Positions 25,601 to 40,600 of a stretch of DNA of 64,000 bases are shown here, in pieces. The stretch covers positions 13,826,001-13,890,000 of the forward strand of contig OY740808.1 in assembly GCA_963514005.1 (NCBI GenBank), written 5' to 3'. Position 1 is the first letter of the stretch. Each line of letters begins with the position of its first letter. Origin of the DNA: Raja brachyura (Eukaryota). The position numbers and the translations under genes are program-made. The notes under the pieces are model-generated. The model did not search any database, was not told where the DNA came from, and saw nothing but the letters and a program-made list of their open reading frames with translations.

Positions 25601-28600
25601 AGGTTATTGGATTCCTGCCTTTATTGGCTGGGCACAGCACACAAGAGCAATAAGGCAATGTTAGAAGTATGTAAAACATTAGTTAGGGCACACCTAGTGT
25701 ACTGTGTACAATTCGAATTATGACTCAACCACGAGGGTGTGGAAGAATTAATGGGGACAGAGCAGATTAAACAAGGATGCTGGCAAGGTTGTAGAATTGT
25801 GGTTTGCAATGAGACCAACTAGGTTGGAGGTCAATTCCCTCAGATCAAAGGTAAGACTTAGTTGGGTTTTATAAAATCACCGGAGTTCGCACAGGGTAAG
25901 TGAAAACATTCATTTCCTTTGCAAAAGAGTCAGTAATTAGGTTACATAGATTTAAATTAAGTGGTAGAGGTTAGAAGAGATTGATTAAAAAATTCTCATT
26001 AACAAGCAGCGTGGGCCCTGTTCATGGGTATGTACTGTCTTACGGAAAATGTCCCCAGGTATGTGAGAAAAGAAATAGAAGCCATAGAGACTCAAGTGGA
26101 TATCATCTCAAGTAGAAAAGGATGAGTATGAAATTGTGTGCATGGTATCACAGATCAGATCACCACAGATCAGGAATGAAGGGGAACTGTTTGAATTATT
26201 CATTAACTACAGCAATGCTGTGGTCCAAGCAAGTTAACTGGAATGGAATTCAACCATAAGCCTTGACCAATAACCTCAAAGATGAAACTTAGTGTCAGAA
26301 CCACAAGTTCAAAAAAGCCAAATTGACTGTCATTAAATGAGGTTTATTAAAAAATAACCTACAAAGATTAAGTGCACCCAATCGCGAAATGCGAGTAAAA
26401 TCATAATTTATGCCCTACAAATGGAGGTGGTTTGAAATGTACCTGGAGTCGTGGTGAGCCTGTGGCCATGACCCTGGTGAGCAGGAGCAGCATTGCCATC
26501 CGAGGCAGCAGTTCAGGTCCACTCTGTCAAAACAATTATTAATCCATTTAAAGCACTTCATCAATGTAATATTCCAATTGTTACATGAATTACCATCTAA
26601 TAGTCATGAGCTTGGGCTGCTGGCTGCTTTGGCACCTTTGGATCCTACGCTATGGTACACAGGGGTTGCTACCTGAAGGTAGCAACCCCTGCCTGAACCC
26701 GATTGCTTACGCCATCGGCAAATGCCTATACCATAGTCTAGGCTGTCATCTGGACTATTCCCCCTGCCACAACAGTTGGACAATATCTCTCACACACAGC
26801 CACAGATAATCACATAGACATGTACCATCTGATCATCTGTCAGCATTCAGCAATGTGGTGGTTGTAGCTCCAATAAAACAAAGCCTTTTTCTATTATCCT
26901 TGATAATTTTCCTTTCTTGTGGTTTCATTTTTAGATTTTTATTTTATATTTAATGTCTCATCAACATCCCTGTTCACTTCTTTCAACGCCCCAATCCTTA
27001 CTTTGACGTCCATCCAACTATTCTTCAAACACTCAGCTTGGAGACTCAGTGGCTCAAAAGATTGGACCTTGCACGTTGGTGAAGTTAATTATGGCTCAGC
27101 CCTAGGGCATAACCCATAATTAAACTTCAGAAGTACTATAATGGCTGGAAAGCAACCAGAGAAAATGGAAGCCACTATTTGAATATGCTTTCTTCCCATG
27201 ACAGCAACTAAGTAGAATTAGCCCATCTTGAAAGCACTAGATGAGCATGCACTTGAAAAGTCTCGGAAAAGCCAGAGAGAACACATGAATTGCTCAAGGC
27301 CCAAGGCCTTGCCAGCAAGGTTTGCCATCCTCAGAAAGAGCGCCTTCGGCAGTTTGAAAGGCAATTACGATTTTATGGGGTGCGGCAAAGCCTCTTTTTT
27401 GTGATAAATGCACAATGGAAGGTTGAATGGATTTTATTCAGAACCACAGATCACATTTCGAGATCACTTTCTTGGCACAACCAATAAATGGAGCTGTGAC
27501 GAAAAGACCTTCCATCTAGCAATCCATTTACAGTAAATCTACCCTGCAGATATAATGATCTATCACATGAACTAATCCTCACTGATTTGCAAAATGCTGC
27601 CATGCAATTTTATAATACTGAATGTACAATTTGATTGTTCTGTTCACTGTCAGGGTCATTTTGAACAATAACTTTATAACATAGGTACATTCTTTTTGAA
27701 AGACAAAAAGAAAAAGTATAACCATCACCTCATCAATCAGCAGGGAGCCGTCAGTCATTGATCGGAGCTGAGCATGTTCATTGATCATTTGAAGTGCCTG
27801 AATCAACATACCCTCCTTTTCTTCACTATCATTTACTGTGTCTGTCAAGACTATCTTTAATAGTGGGAAGCAATATGCAAAGGCAGGAGCTGTAAGCGGT
27901 TTCACACCTGCAAGGGACAACAAAAAGGAAATGATGCTTAAAGTGGTGCTCAAGCCAAGTCTTCCAGAATCTCAACCCTGAACGTTAAAAAACAATGTGT
28001 TACTCACAAATAATCACCAGTGAGAAATATCACCATAACTGTCCAATAAGTATTCATATGCATTCAAAATACTTCCCATCTGGACTAAAAACTCTCACGC
28101 TCAATGGGATAAAGCATATAGGGGCATCAAGGAGAGGGAAGATATACTTGTCCATTAAAACGCTCAGTAAATATAGATTTGAATTTATTAAAAACAAGAG
28201 GTCATTGGATTCAATAAGTGGAGACCACAACAAAACATTGCAATTTCAGTAAAACAAAGTGCTGAGGGAATCAGCAGGTCAGGCATCTGTGGAGGGAATG
28301 GATGTTTCGGGTCGGGGTCTTTCCTCAATGTAATTTCAGTATATGACATACCTGCCTCAACTTTGCCAACACGGTTAGGCACAGTACGTGAGCGCAGCAG
28401 ACACACAGCACGGGCAGTGGCTGTTTGGAGTTCTTCTTGACACCAAGCTTCATCCAAACTGCACGCAGGTTTTAACAGCCGGAGAGTCACATTACCAACG
28501 AGGCAGCCTGAATCAAATATAGATTTTAAGGTAAGATACATGTTCCCCATGATGCCATTCTTAGGTTGTGAAGCACTGAAGGCCGCGTCCCTGAATGCCT

Positions 28601-31600
28601 GGGACTTGACATTTATATTTAGAGCTCTTCTGTTTGGTCATAACTTAAGTATTTGACAGCAAGCACGCAGTTACCATTGTCAAATCATTTTGGGGGTACA
28701 CGTTTGAGGAGACTGTCAATATTTTACTTTCATACACTAAAAAAGACAATGATGTTGGATGTTTTTAGGCAACATTAGTAATTCCAGACAATAGTATTTT
28801 CACCCACCCATTTTTTGCTCCAGCTTAGATATGGCCCTCCAAATCCAAAGGATTGGTCAGCCTTTGCTTTCAAGTAATCAAATGATACAACCCCCATCCT
28901 ATCAGCACTCTGTGTGTACCTCCACCCTCCGCAGTTCAGTATTACCTTAGCAGTGGCATGAAGGTGTAGACAATAAATGTCAGCAAAGTCACAATCCCAG
29001 AAAATGAATAAGATCAAACAAAGAAAAAAATCAGTAGCTGTTTATTTTAGGATGAATTAATGATTAATACATACCCAGGTTTTTTAGATCAGCTGTCAAG
29101 ACACACGCACTCAAAGCCAGGAATGTTTCCTTAAGTCTGGGAGCAACGAGTGGCGATTGGAATAGTGGGAGGAAAAGACGAATCAACGCAGGGATCTGCT
29201 GTGACAAACCACGGGGGTTCCGCTTTATGATGGCGTTCAGCACATTCAGAGCAGCCTGCAAATCCGCATCTAACTGTGGGAACACAAAATTGGAATCCGT
29301 TTCTTCAAAAGCTCAATAAAGGCATTCAAAAATAGTTCAACAGTTAGCCAACGTATGGGGAACAGGTGTATAAATATGGAATAGTCGGCCAGCAATATTT
29401 TGCATTCACCACACAGGTTCAATCTCGAAACCTGCTCTGGAAGATGGACGTGTTCATGTTGCATAATGCAGGAATTTGCAAATTAAATCTCAATTTAAAA
29501 TACAATTTCTCATTACCTGCATGACAAATACCCTCCAAACCAAAATGTATCAGCTATCCTCAGACCAATTGGATTATGATTCCAAGTGCTCACTATTCTG
29601 GTTATTTGAATAGCAATTGAGTCGACCCCATTCCCATTTCTTTGTCTCTAGCCCTGCAAGTGTTCCACGTATATATCCAATTTCTGTTTGAAAACCACAT
29701 GTCCATGTATATCCACCACATTTTCAGTCAGTGTTTTTAAGATCATAACCGCACAATGCTTAACATGGCTTTTTCTCACATCATCCTTTGATCCCAAACA
29801 CTAAATTGCATTTCCATTCTTGACCATGCAGCTTCTGAGAAAAGTTTCTCCCTATTTACATATCTAAAGGTGTCATGATTTTGTTCCCCTCTCAAACATG
29901 TACGTTCCATGGAGAATGATCAGAAGTTGTCTCGTTTATCATTATAATTAAATCCTGCATCTAATGTAAACAGCTCTAGTAAATATTTTCTGCGCCCTCT
30001 CTAGGATGCTTGCATACTTCCTAATGCAGTTTCCAACAATAGATGCAGTACTTTGTAGCCTAACAGGGAATCACAAAAGCTCAAGATAACCTCCTTGCCT
30101 CTATTCATGTCCATATGACATTTTCAAACCCCCTGCCACCTTTGAAGATGTACGCAGATACAATTCTACAATGATATGAGGCAATGTATCAGTGATTATA
30201 TTTTATCTTTCCTCATTTTTTCCAAATTAGAGCACTTTGTAGATCAATGCATTAAATTTCATCTGCATACGCCTGCCCATTCCAATAGCCCAAGTCCCTA
30301 TGAAATCGGCCATTTCACTCTGTCACATTTTCAATTAAGTGTTATTTGCAAAATTTAAAAACACAATCAGCATATTTAAAAATGTATAAGCAGTATCTCC
30401 TGGACTGACCCAGGGGAATCATTGTCCCTCCCTCTGGTCTGAAAACACAATCCCCAAAACACAATTTTCAATCTTGAGCTAATTTCTTATTGATATTGCT
30501 ATTGACTCAATAATGCTCAGCAGCCTTTTGTTTAGGAATTCATTACTGGCCTTCTTAAAGTTCAAGAGCATGTCATCTGGCAGAAACAAAGAACTGTCAA
30601 TGCTGGTTAATGCACACAAGGACACAAAGTGCTGGTGTAAGTGCCAGAAGAAAATTAAATCACCCAAAATCAAAGTTAAACAAAAATCCTCTGCAAATGT
30701 AGACTGTTGTCTCAAAGTATTAGGGCTTTTCAGTGGTGCACATTCCTTTTTTGTACCTGCTTCAATCGCTTCCTGATCGACGACTCCCTTTCCAGCTGGC
30801 TCTGCAGCATCTCCTTCTGTTTGTTGCTCAACTGCACCTCATCCTTCAGACCTTTCTTCTTCTTAATTTCCTATCAGAAATTATTTAATTTAAAAACAGG
30901 GTTAAAATTCTCTGCCATTCACCAGGTTATTAGTTCACAGTAAACTCAAATCAAGTTTGCCAAAACTTTAATCATGAATTAATGTCAATTTCATCTTCTC
31001 CTTCCTCATCTCAGTGTGAGGCGTTTTACCTGCTGAATTTCAACAAGTCACAAAAGTGAAAATTTACTACTTTAGTCATTTAAGAAACCATTTAAAAATA
31101 GCCATAGGATTCTTGAATTTGAGAAGGTGCAGTTCTCTTCAGTGAGAGAGCAAATTTATGGTATAGAGATGATGCATTATCAAAGTTATAAAATTATGGT
31201 GAGAATGCAGCTCTTTACAGATACAAAAAAATACAAACAAATTAAGCAGGAACGTGAAAATATATTGTTAATACCTCTTTAAGTTCCAAGTCAATGATTT
31301 GTTCCTTGAATGAATAAGCTTTGTTCTCCCGTTTCAGATTGGCCTTCTTTGTGGTTTCCTGTTGAGTCCTAGCACAAAACAGAATGAATCCTATAGTATA
31401 ACCAACAATACTGACCAGTAGGTGAAAGATCAGGCGATTCACCAATTCTGCTTCTCACCATCATGTAAATAATTGGAAGAAACAGTACACCAGAGGAAAC
31501 AAAAATCTAATTTTGTTCTGTTAGTGTGATACATAAATTGGCTATTGACCCCATATCATTTAGAACAAAAGTTTTACCATTATCCTCCCAGGTGTAATGC

Positions 31601-34600
31601 AAGGGTAGAAAGAAAATACAGGAGCGAGAAACTTCCTTTGCAGTCCAATTGTCAACAGGCGAGCATCAAAGAAATATGGTACGAAGTGTTCAAGACATTA
31701 AAAAAACACAAAAGAAAGGTCACATCAACTTTCAGATCTTCATTGCTACTGAAAGCACAAGAAAAAGCTTTCATGAGCGAACTGATGAACTACAGAAATA
31801 ACAAAATAATTTTGATCACTGAATTGATGAAGAAAAATTGATTCAGGATTCCAGTGCCATTAACACCTACATTGCAACCTCAGCCTCAAATTTAATTCAA
31901 ATATCTGGCTGCAGCATGAATAACTTCCCGTGATACATCTTGCAGCACCTTTGATTCTACATTAGGTAAAATCAAATTCTGTTACCAAAAATAATGACTG
32001 CATCGACAACTTGTGAACCAACATGATGGTCCAATTCTACACGGCCATCGTAGAGTCTGTTCTCACCTTCTCCACCGTGGTCTGGTTTGGCTCAGCCACC
32101 AAGCACGACACCTGGGGGCTGCCGCGAATCGTCCGATCAGCAGAGAAGATTATTGGCTGCAACCTTCCCTCCATTGATGAACTGTACACTGCAAGGGCCA
32201 GGAAGCAAGCGGGCAAGATCATCTCTGACCCCTCTCACCCTGGCCACAAACTCTTTGAATCACTTCCTTCTCGAAGGCGACTCTGGACTGTCAAAGCTGC
32301 CACAGCCAGACATAAAAACAGTTTTTATCCACGAGTAGTTGCTCTACTCAACAGCCAAAAATCTGTAGCCTCCCTTTGATCTGGTATTTTGTTGCTTCAC
32401 ATGCTTGATCAATGGTGTTTTATCATTAATGTTTTATTATTATGAATATTTAGTGTTTTCTGAGTCATTCGTAACTGTCACTGTATGTCATGTTGTTACT
32501 TGTGGGCGAAACACCAAGGCAAATTCCTTGTATGTGAGTACTTGGCAAATAAACTTACTTAAATCATTGAAGAAAACTTCACTCACACACAGCTCATAGA
32601 CAAAACATGGCATAGAACATTTTTAGAACTCTGGTCAACAGAATGCGTAACACAAGATTTTATTACTCTACAACATGAGAACAAAATAAGTGTCTATCCA
32701 AGGATACAATTTTTCACACACTGTGCAGACTAACAGGAGGCATAATGGGTTTTTGTCATTACTTACATTTGAATGAACGACTTATCGTACAGCTCTCCCT
32801 CAGGAACCAGCATGATCTCATATTCCTCTTTAGTCACCAGGTGGAAAGCATGGTTTTCCAACATGCTTGTGATCAGGCCGCTCAGGTGCGGCAATACAAC
32901 TGATGAAGCATGGAGCGACAGGGAAGCTATAGTGTTGATGACAGCCTAGGAAACAGGGGGTTTAAAGCATTAAGCTGCAACCAGAATAAAATAGTGAATT
33001 ATACAACGTTTAATTAGGGTGGTAACTACCCACTGTGTTCCTTGCATTGTGAACTAGTCTGATCTCTACATGCAGGCAACTAACAAAGGCTGTGCTTTAG
33101 CCCCTCTCTCTCTCTCACCAAACCACTTTGCTTCACCATCTTCTTTTCCTCCTTAAAGATGCTGCCTAAAATCTGCATTTTAAAACATTACATAATACAG
33201 CACAATACAACGACGATACTCATAAAACGTATTTGCATGTTCATATTAAAAATTCATATCCCCATAAACAAGATATGCAACATCTTGGGTTTGAATCTGA
33301 CAGTATTTATATTGAATGAAATACGAAATTGCCAAAGGCCAAATTCCCCCAAGTTTCGATTTCAGCTCATCATTCAGGTCTTTGGTGGAAGTTGTCAATA
33401 AATATGAGAGAATATGTTTGGCCTGGTATTTTTCTTTTAAAAACATGGGATATGACTCCAAGGACAGGGTCAGCATTCCATCTGCCCCTTGAGCTTACTC
33501 CATCATTCAAAACTCAATTGTATCATGTATTGTCATCACACTGACTAGTTAGCACAGAACAAAAGCTTTTCATTGTACTTTGGTAGACGTGACAATAACT
33601 TGAACAATAAGGGAGATAAGTGGCATAGTGAGGGCTCAACAAAGTGGTATTGAGATCAAGATTGAATCAGCCATAAACATATTGAATGGATAAGCAGGTC
33701 CAAGAGATTGATTGGCCTACTCCTGCTCCATTTTCCTATGACCCCGATCTTTGATGGATAATAGAATCAAGGGATATGGGGAAAAAGCAGGAACAGGGTA
33801 CTGATTTTGGATGAACAGCCATGATCATATCGAATGGCAGTGCTGGCTCGAAGGGCCTACTCCTGCACCAACGCAACTATGCATAAAATGAAAAATGTAC
33901 AATAATTTTATTTGGTTCAAGTCTGCTATCAGTTTTCATGTACCCTACAGGATTAGGCTATTTGCATGCATGCCCATTCCAGAAACTGTAACCACTGCTT
34001 GGCTAATATAATAATTGTAATTGGATGTTGAACATCATCTAATCAGATTGCAATGGATGAGATGTGCAAAGGACATATTGGCTCACCTGGTTCTTGACTA
34101 TCTGAGAGTTTACACTGGGAAGAATGTCAGTCAGATGCTTTTTGATGAATTCAGAGGTGTCCAGCTTCAGTCTCAGGAGAATGGCTGACCATAGACCCAT
34201 TTGAGCAGCTTCTGCAAAAATAAAAGTCCCATCGGGAGCACAGATGAGAACCAGCATGGATCTGTGAACTACAGACCCAACTGGAGATTTAATCTTCATC
34301 TTGTGAACCCAAATACCAAAGAATTGGTTTAAGTCCAAGTATTTCAAATCACAGGTATAGAGGAAAAGGTATTTGACTGGTACTTTATTTGAGAATAAAG
34401 TTCATAAATAATATTAATTAATAATAACACTCCTCAGAGGAAATATGTGTAAGGAACAATACACATCAGGGCTTGCAACTCAATGACTCCGCTGGAGAAC
34501 ACTGGATTCCCAATATCATGCCGGAATTTTGTTAAAGGAGGTTTCCATTTACTGGTTTTAGTTATGGCATTGAATTGCAGTGGAGGTGATGGCCGGTGCA

Positions 34601-37600
34601 AAATTATATCTTCAATAACATGACATGGATTTCCATAAGCCCAGCTCTCCAGAATCATTTCTCTATGGTGCTATCAGTCACAGCTATTCAACAACCTACA
34701 AAACAAACTTAACTGCTAAATGGGATTTGTTAAGTTAAAAACTTTTTTTTTAATTTTTTTAACGCACCGCAACAATGAGCTCCAAATTTTAAGAGGCTTT
34801 AAGAGTTAAAAAAATTAACACACAGAGCAATGAGGACAAAACAAGAAATGTGGGAAGAAAATAAATAAAAACATGTTTTCTAAACTAGCCTCAAACAGAG
34901 CAGGGAGAAAGGAGGTTCAGTATTGTTACTACATGCCAATAAAGGTTATTACATTAATTGTAAAGTTAACCATAGTTAGGTAAGACAAAGGCCCTTTACA
35001 GCTCCTCTCTGCTGAGATTTCCTCTCATTTTTCCATATTTTGTGTTGTAACATATCTGAAAATACTCCCGTCAAATTATAGTCTGGAGAAGACACCTTAG
35101 TCGTTTGTGCTTTTTTTCCTACAATGTAGAGCTAACATAATGGAAGTTAAAAGAAGCAACATAAAGTAAACAGGGATGGTCACTTTCACTGGTCAATGAG
35201 ACCCGGAGAAGACGGGCAAACTCAAATGCAGTAAAATCTGATAAAGGGGAAATTGTTTAAATGTATAAAACAACAATAATCTACTGATGCAGATTTCGCA
35301 AATTTAGAATTGGGATTTGCAGTTGTTATTAAAGAACATTAGCAAATTAGGACAAAGCATAAGAGTAATATTTAAATGAAGGCCTCAAGATAGGTAAAAA
35401 TCTCAATACAACATAGAATCAAGCAGCAACTTTGCTAAATATTAGGTTGTTGTGAAGCAATTTAGGTCGTAGGAAACACAATATATAGTGCAGGTTGTAA
35501 GTGCTTACATTTTTTTTAAATTTCGATATTTGTGAAGACAGGTTATGCTGATAATGCAGAATTTGCTTTACATGCCTACTACTTTTATGCAACCAAGTTA
35601 GAGACAGCCTTCAAAATAAGTTCACTTGATGACTCCTACCTATGGATGGGTGATGTGCCATAAATACAATATCTCTGGCCAATTTCGTAGCCTCGATGGC
35701 ATCATTCTCCAATCCTGGGATACTTGTTATCACACATAATGTTTCAACCAGTATACGAGGTGGGACATAAAACTTTGCAGCTTCCGTGGGTTCACCCGAC
35801 TCTGTTATTAACCGTTCCACAGGGATCACCTTACAAAAAGATACATTATTTTTGATGTATCCCTTAACAAAGCAAATAAATCTATACTCTTTATCCAATA
35901 ACACAAGATCAATCCAGCTCTTGACAAAACCAATAAATAACTAAATGTTTACTGAGCAATTGCATCTAATCGCTAATCCTTATCCAAGAACTACAATAAT
36001 TTAATGGAACATGCAAACATTTGGCTAGGTAGGTCATGCCAAGAAATGGTGTTAATTTCTCACACACCATCTCGATGGTCAATCGGGCCTGCTTTGAATA
36101 AGTCTATTGTGCATTTCAAATACATTTTTTTCCAGACGAGTTAGCAGTTGGCCTTTATGTAAAACTTGACATCACCGTCAGTTGAAGGCCGAATCCACGC
36201 GGAAGGAAGCTGCACACTTAGTGCGAGCTGACCCAAAAAGAATGGGTGTCCAAATCCGTCTTTTATCTGGCATCAAACATTGAGCCACACAACTATCAAT
36301 CTAATTATCTCAGCACCTGCTGCAGATGACTTAACATGCACCTTAAAATTCCTTCATAACACAGTACGCAGGTACTTTGAGATTTTCTATTAATATTTCA
36401 ACATTCTGAGATGCATGTACATCAATTTAACAAATGCAAATTATAGACCTTGTGGGTGTTCAGAATGATTTGGAACTCTTCCAGTAGCCCATATGCTAAT
36501 TTAACACCGCCCAGTGATGAGAGCAACTTCCTGACAGTCTGCTGAGCCTGTTTCCGAACTCGCCATGCTTTACTCAGCAGCACAGTCACCAAGGCTTTGT
36601 GGTACATCCTGTAAATAGCAGAGATCACACAGGTTGCAGTGAGTGGATGCATCACAGCACATTAACACATTCTAAACAGATCTTAAAAATGACTATGACA
36701 CAAGGAGCCTGTTCCCACATGATCATCAGATTAGTATTAAAGCAGCAAGTTAATCAAAAATCATGTCAATGGAAGTTGGAAAACAATTTGAAAACTGGAT
36801 GGACTTATTCCATCCCCATCACCCGAAGCAGTTTCAGAGTTTGATACAAAGTGCTGGAGTAACTCAGCAGGACAGGCATCATCCCTGGAGAACATGGAGA
36901 GGCGACGTTTCGGGTTGGGATGCTTCTCCAGACTGAAGAAAAGTTCCGACCAAAACGTTGCCTATCCATGTTCTCCAGAGATTCTGCCTGTCCTGACTTA
37001 CCTCAGCACTTTGTGGCCTTTTTTGCAAACCAGCATCAGCTTCAGAGTTGGATGTTTTGGCAGTTGGATGATGCCAGTGGCTGGGGCAGCAGAATATTTT
37101 TAACATTGCCACACACCCTGTAACTATGCACAATTACATACACTTAACACCAGGTTGAGAAGGAACTAGGAAACTTAGCTGCCTGAATGTACAGCGTTCC
37201 TGAACTACTATCTGGTTACCAAAATGCCAATACCTCAAGTTAGTGAACAAACATGATAATGCAAAAAGAGAACATGAATTTAATACATACTGGCCCTTGA
37301 TTTCTGGAAGGTCTAAAAGCAGTCTCTCAGTGAGTTGCAACACTGTGCAAAGACCTGCAAAGCAAAACAAAAATCAATGCGAAAGAAAGATAGATAGCAG
37401 GTTGTAATAAACAACTTTACTGCCCAACTAAATTTCATCAGAACAAAGTTTGTTCTAAATCATAGGTTCCACCTCTTTAATTTGGAGTATCAGGAGGCAT
37501 GGATGCCCAACCTTTGATCTGCTCCTTTTGGACAATCCAAGTTCCTGGTAACTTGTGGGAAGTTGGTGGAGGAGAACACAGCCATGCTAATGCCATTAAA

Positions 37601-40600
37601 TATTAAGGCTAGATTATTCAAATTTCTCTTGTTGGGGAGTACAAGTCCAGAGAACAAATGTGTCATAGACCTATTGCCTAAAAGCAACTACTGAGGTAAC
37701 AGAATATTTGATGAATGTTTGATACCTAATATAATTGTAATTTGTTCAGGAAACAGTTCACAGGCAACTGACCAATTGTGCAAAATTCCAAATACTCACC
37801 ATCCTCTGAAGCAAGAGAAAGGAATTTTTCAGAGGTAAAAAACTGCTTCTTCTCATCCAAAAGTAATGTCCAGAAAGTTGTCAGCTTGCTTTCTGAAAAT
37901 TAAAGATGCAAATGAACGACATCAAATTTAATACCATTAGCTTAAACAATTACTTAGATTTCCCTAACTAGGTGGGAAACTGAAGGAAACCACCATACTG
38001 TACGGAATAAATAGAGGGAAGCAAGCCACTTCCATCATACATAGTGGTCATGTCAGATCAACCTGGAACATTAGCCGTTTCTCTTCTCACAGATACAGTC
38101 TGACTTGCTGAGTATTTCCGGCATTTTCTGTTATTATTTCAGATCTCAAGCATCTGTTTTATTATTTGTATTTCCTTTATACAGTTAGATTTAGGGTTTG
38201 CAGTCACACGCATTATCTGTCTTTGCTTGATCTTTGTTTTTTCTGTCTAGCTAAGGAGCCAATTATAGGTCTTTGCTGAAAATAAAACCAAAAATGGACC
38301 TCTATAAACACAAGCCCAAAATTGCTTTTCCACTAGCAGAATCTATTGAACTAAATTGGTTTTTAAATAGATTGATCTGTTGCAAAAAAATCAAAATCAA
38401 TCTACATTAGATAGCCACAACGAGCAGAAGAACTGCAGTCAAACAATTAGCATCAGTCGGGCATCCAATTTATCATATCTGATCCATTATACTTGAAAAA
38501 GTAGTACATCCATTATTTTACCTGAAAAGGCTAATGTACTAAGTGTATCAATGAGACCCATTCCTAGTATCAACTAATTAGTGATTAGCTATAGGACATC
38601 AGGAACAGGGATAAAATATTATCCTAAGAGGTCACTGCATCGTGAACCTATGTACATAGCGGACTTAAAACAAAAAGAAGAGGTGCTGGAAACTGTCAAC
38701 AGGCCAGTCAACATCTGTGGAGAGTGCAGCGGAGTTTTGTATGTTTAAGACCAAAATGTCAACTGTGTCTCTTGCCACAGATGTGGACTCGAGTTTAACA
38801 TTTTCTCTTTTTACTCGAGATTTCCAGCATCTCATTTTGCTCTTGGAAATAAAGGAAACCTTTTTTTAAATTCTATTCTTGATGCTAAGTTGTAAAAAAG
38901 CCACCTACCGACTTGTGTGTCCACCAAAGATAGCCTGCAGATCAAAACAGCAGCTGCAACACCTTCTGTTATTATGGGAACGTGGGTATTCTGTGAGGCC
39001 ACCTTTTCAACAGTCTGCAGGAATAGCGGCAACAGTTCTAATGCTTGAAGTACAGTGTCACCTGATTGGGTGGAAAAGTATCACTCAACAGTGAGTGAAA
39101 AGGTTAGTGCTGATTTTTCCTCCAATTAACAACTTTTAGGCAATGCAGAAATCAATGAAAACAATGATCACATGCACAAAAGCAGCATCGTCAACAGCAA
39201 CATGAAAGCACAAGGTTGATTAATGTTGTTAACTCACACCTACATTGTCCCCTCCTCAATGTCTCAGTGCATACTGGAATCTATAAAGATGAAAGCTGCT
39301 AACACCAACTAATTTGCTGCCTTTGAAAGGTCACCTAATTTCCAGATGCCCAACTGTCTCCAGGTCATTCCATCCAACCCAAGCTACCCAACTACACTTG
39401 CATGTAAAATAGTGCTGTACAACGTTTCTGGCGTATACTTGCTACCACAAATAACATTAGAAAATATCAAAATACTTGGGGTCCTTCGCAAAATCGGTAA
39501 AGGAAAGTCATTGATGAACTCGCTGAAATGTGCGAGCTAGAACCCTAGCTGAGGAACCCTGGGAATGAGGTAATGGGCCTCCCATAAGACAACAACCAAT
39601 CTTTTTTTTGCGAGGTATGCAAAAAACTTTAGTTAAAATCAAGGGTTCTCGCCCGTTGAAAACATACCTTGCAAAAAAAAGATTGGTTGTTGTCTTATGG
39701 GAGGCCCATTACCTCATTCCCAGGGTTCCTCAGCTAGGGTTCTAGCTCGCACATTTCAGCGAGTTCATCAATGACTTTCCTTTATCGGTCAGCAGTGGGG
39801 ATATTCATTCATAACTGCAGAGTGCTGAGGAAACAGACTGCTGGAAGAACTGAGTGGGCCAGGCAACATCCGCAGATGGCAATGGACAGATAATATTGTG
39901 GGTCGGGACCCTTCTTCAGTCTGAAGTCTTCTATCCATTTCCCTCCATGACATTGCCTGGCTTGCCCAGTTCCTCCAGCAGACTGGTTTTTTTTTTGTGC
40001 AGGATTCCAGCATTAGCAGTCTCTTGATAATTAATCAGCCTGTCCCCACAGCACCGAGACCTGGATAACATCCAGCTCAAACTGTTAAACAGGAATTAAT
40101 ATTCAGAGCTTCCAGGCTATGGCCATCTCCAACAAAAGTATTTGGCCATCTTCCCACGTCACAAGACGCCATCTCCATTCTACAACAATTCTCCTCTCTC
40201 ATCTTGTCATCCTGCGATTATTCCTGAGTAGTGCATTTCAGCCACGTATCCCTTAGCTCAGAGTTTCAACCAGTTTTTCAAGTAAATAATAATCTACTAG
40301 CAGCTACTGATGAGAAAACAGATGGGGATCACCAACGAATAGCCTGTACAGATTGCAATTTGTACAACTGATCTTTTTCCAAATGGACTGGTGAACTTAA
40401 AAACATTGATAGCCCATTAGTGCAGATAAATTATCAGGAGATATATCATGCTAACAACAAATACAATATTTGCAGAAGTTTTAAAACTGTACTCACCATG
40501 GAATGAGGCAAGCATACACTGCAAGTAAGCATGCCTGATAGCCGATGTTGAGGTTTTCAGGGTAAAGGCTTTCTTGAACCACTCTACCAGCTTCTTAGGG

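Noticed and set aside
34466-34680. hAT-like element starting CAGGGCTTGCAA
   Set aside because: No matching second TIR or 8-bp TSD was found.
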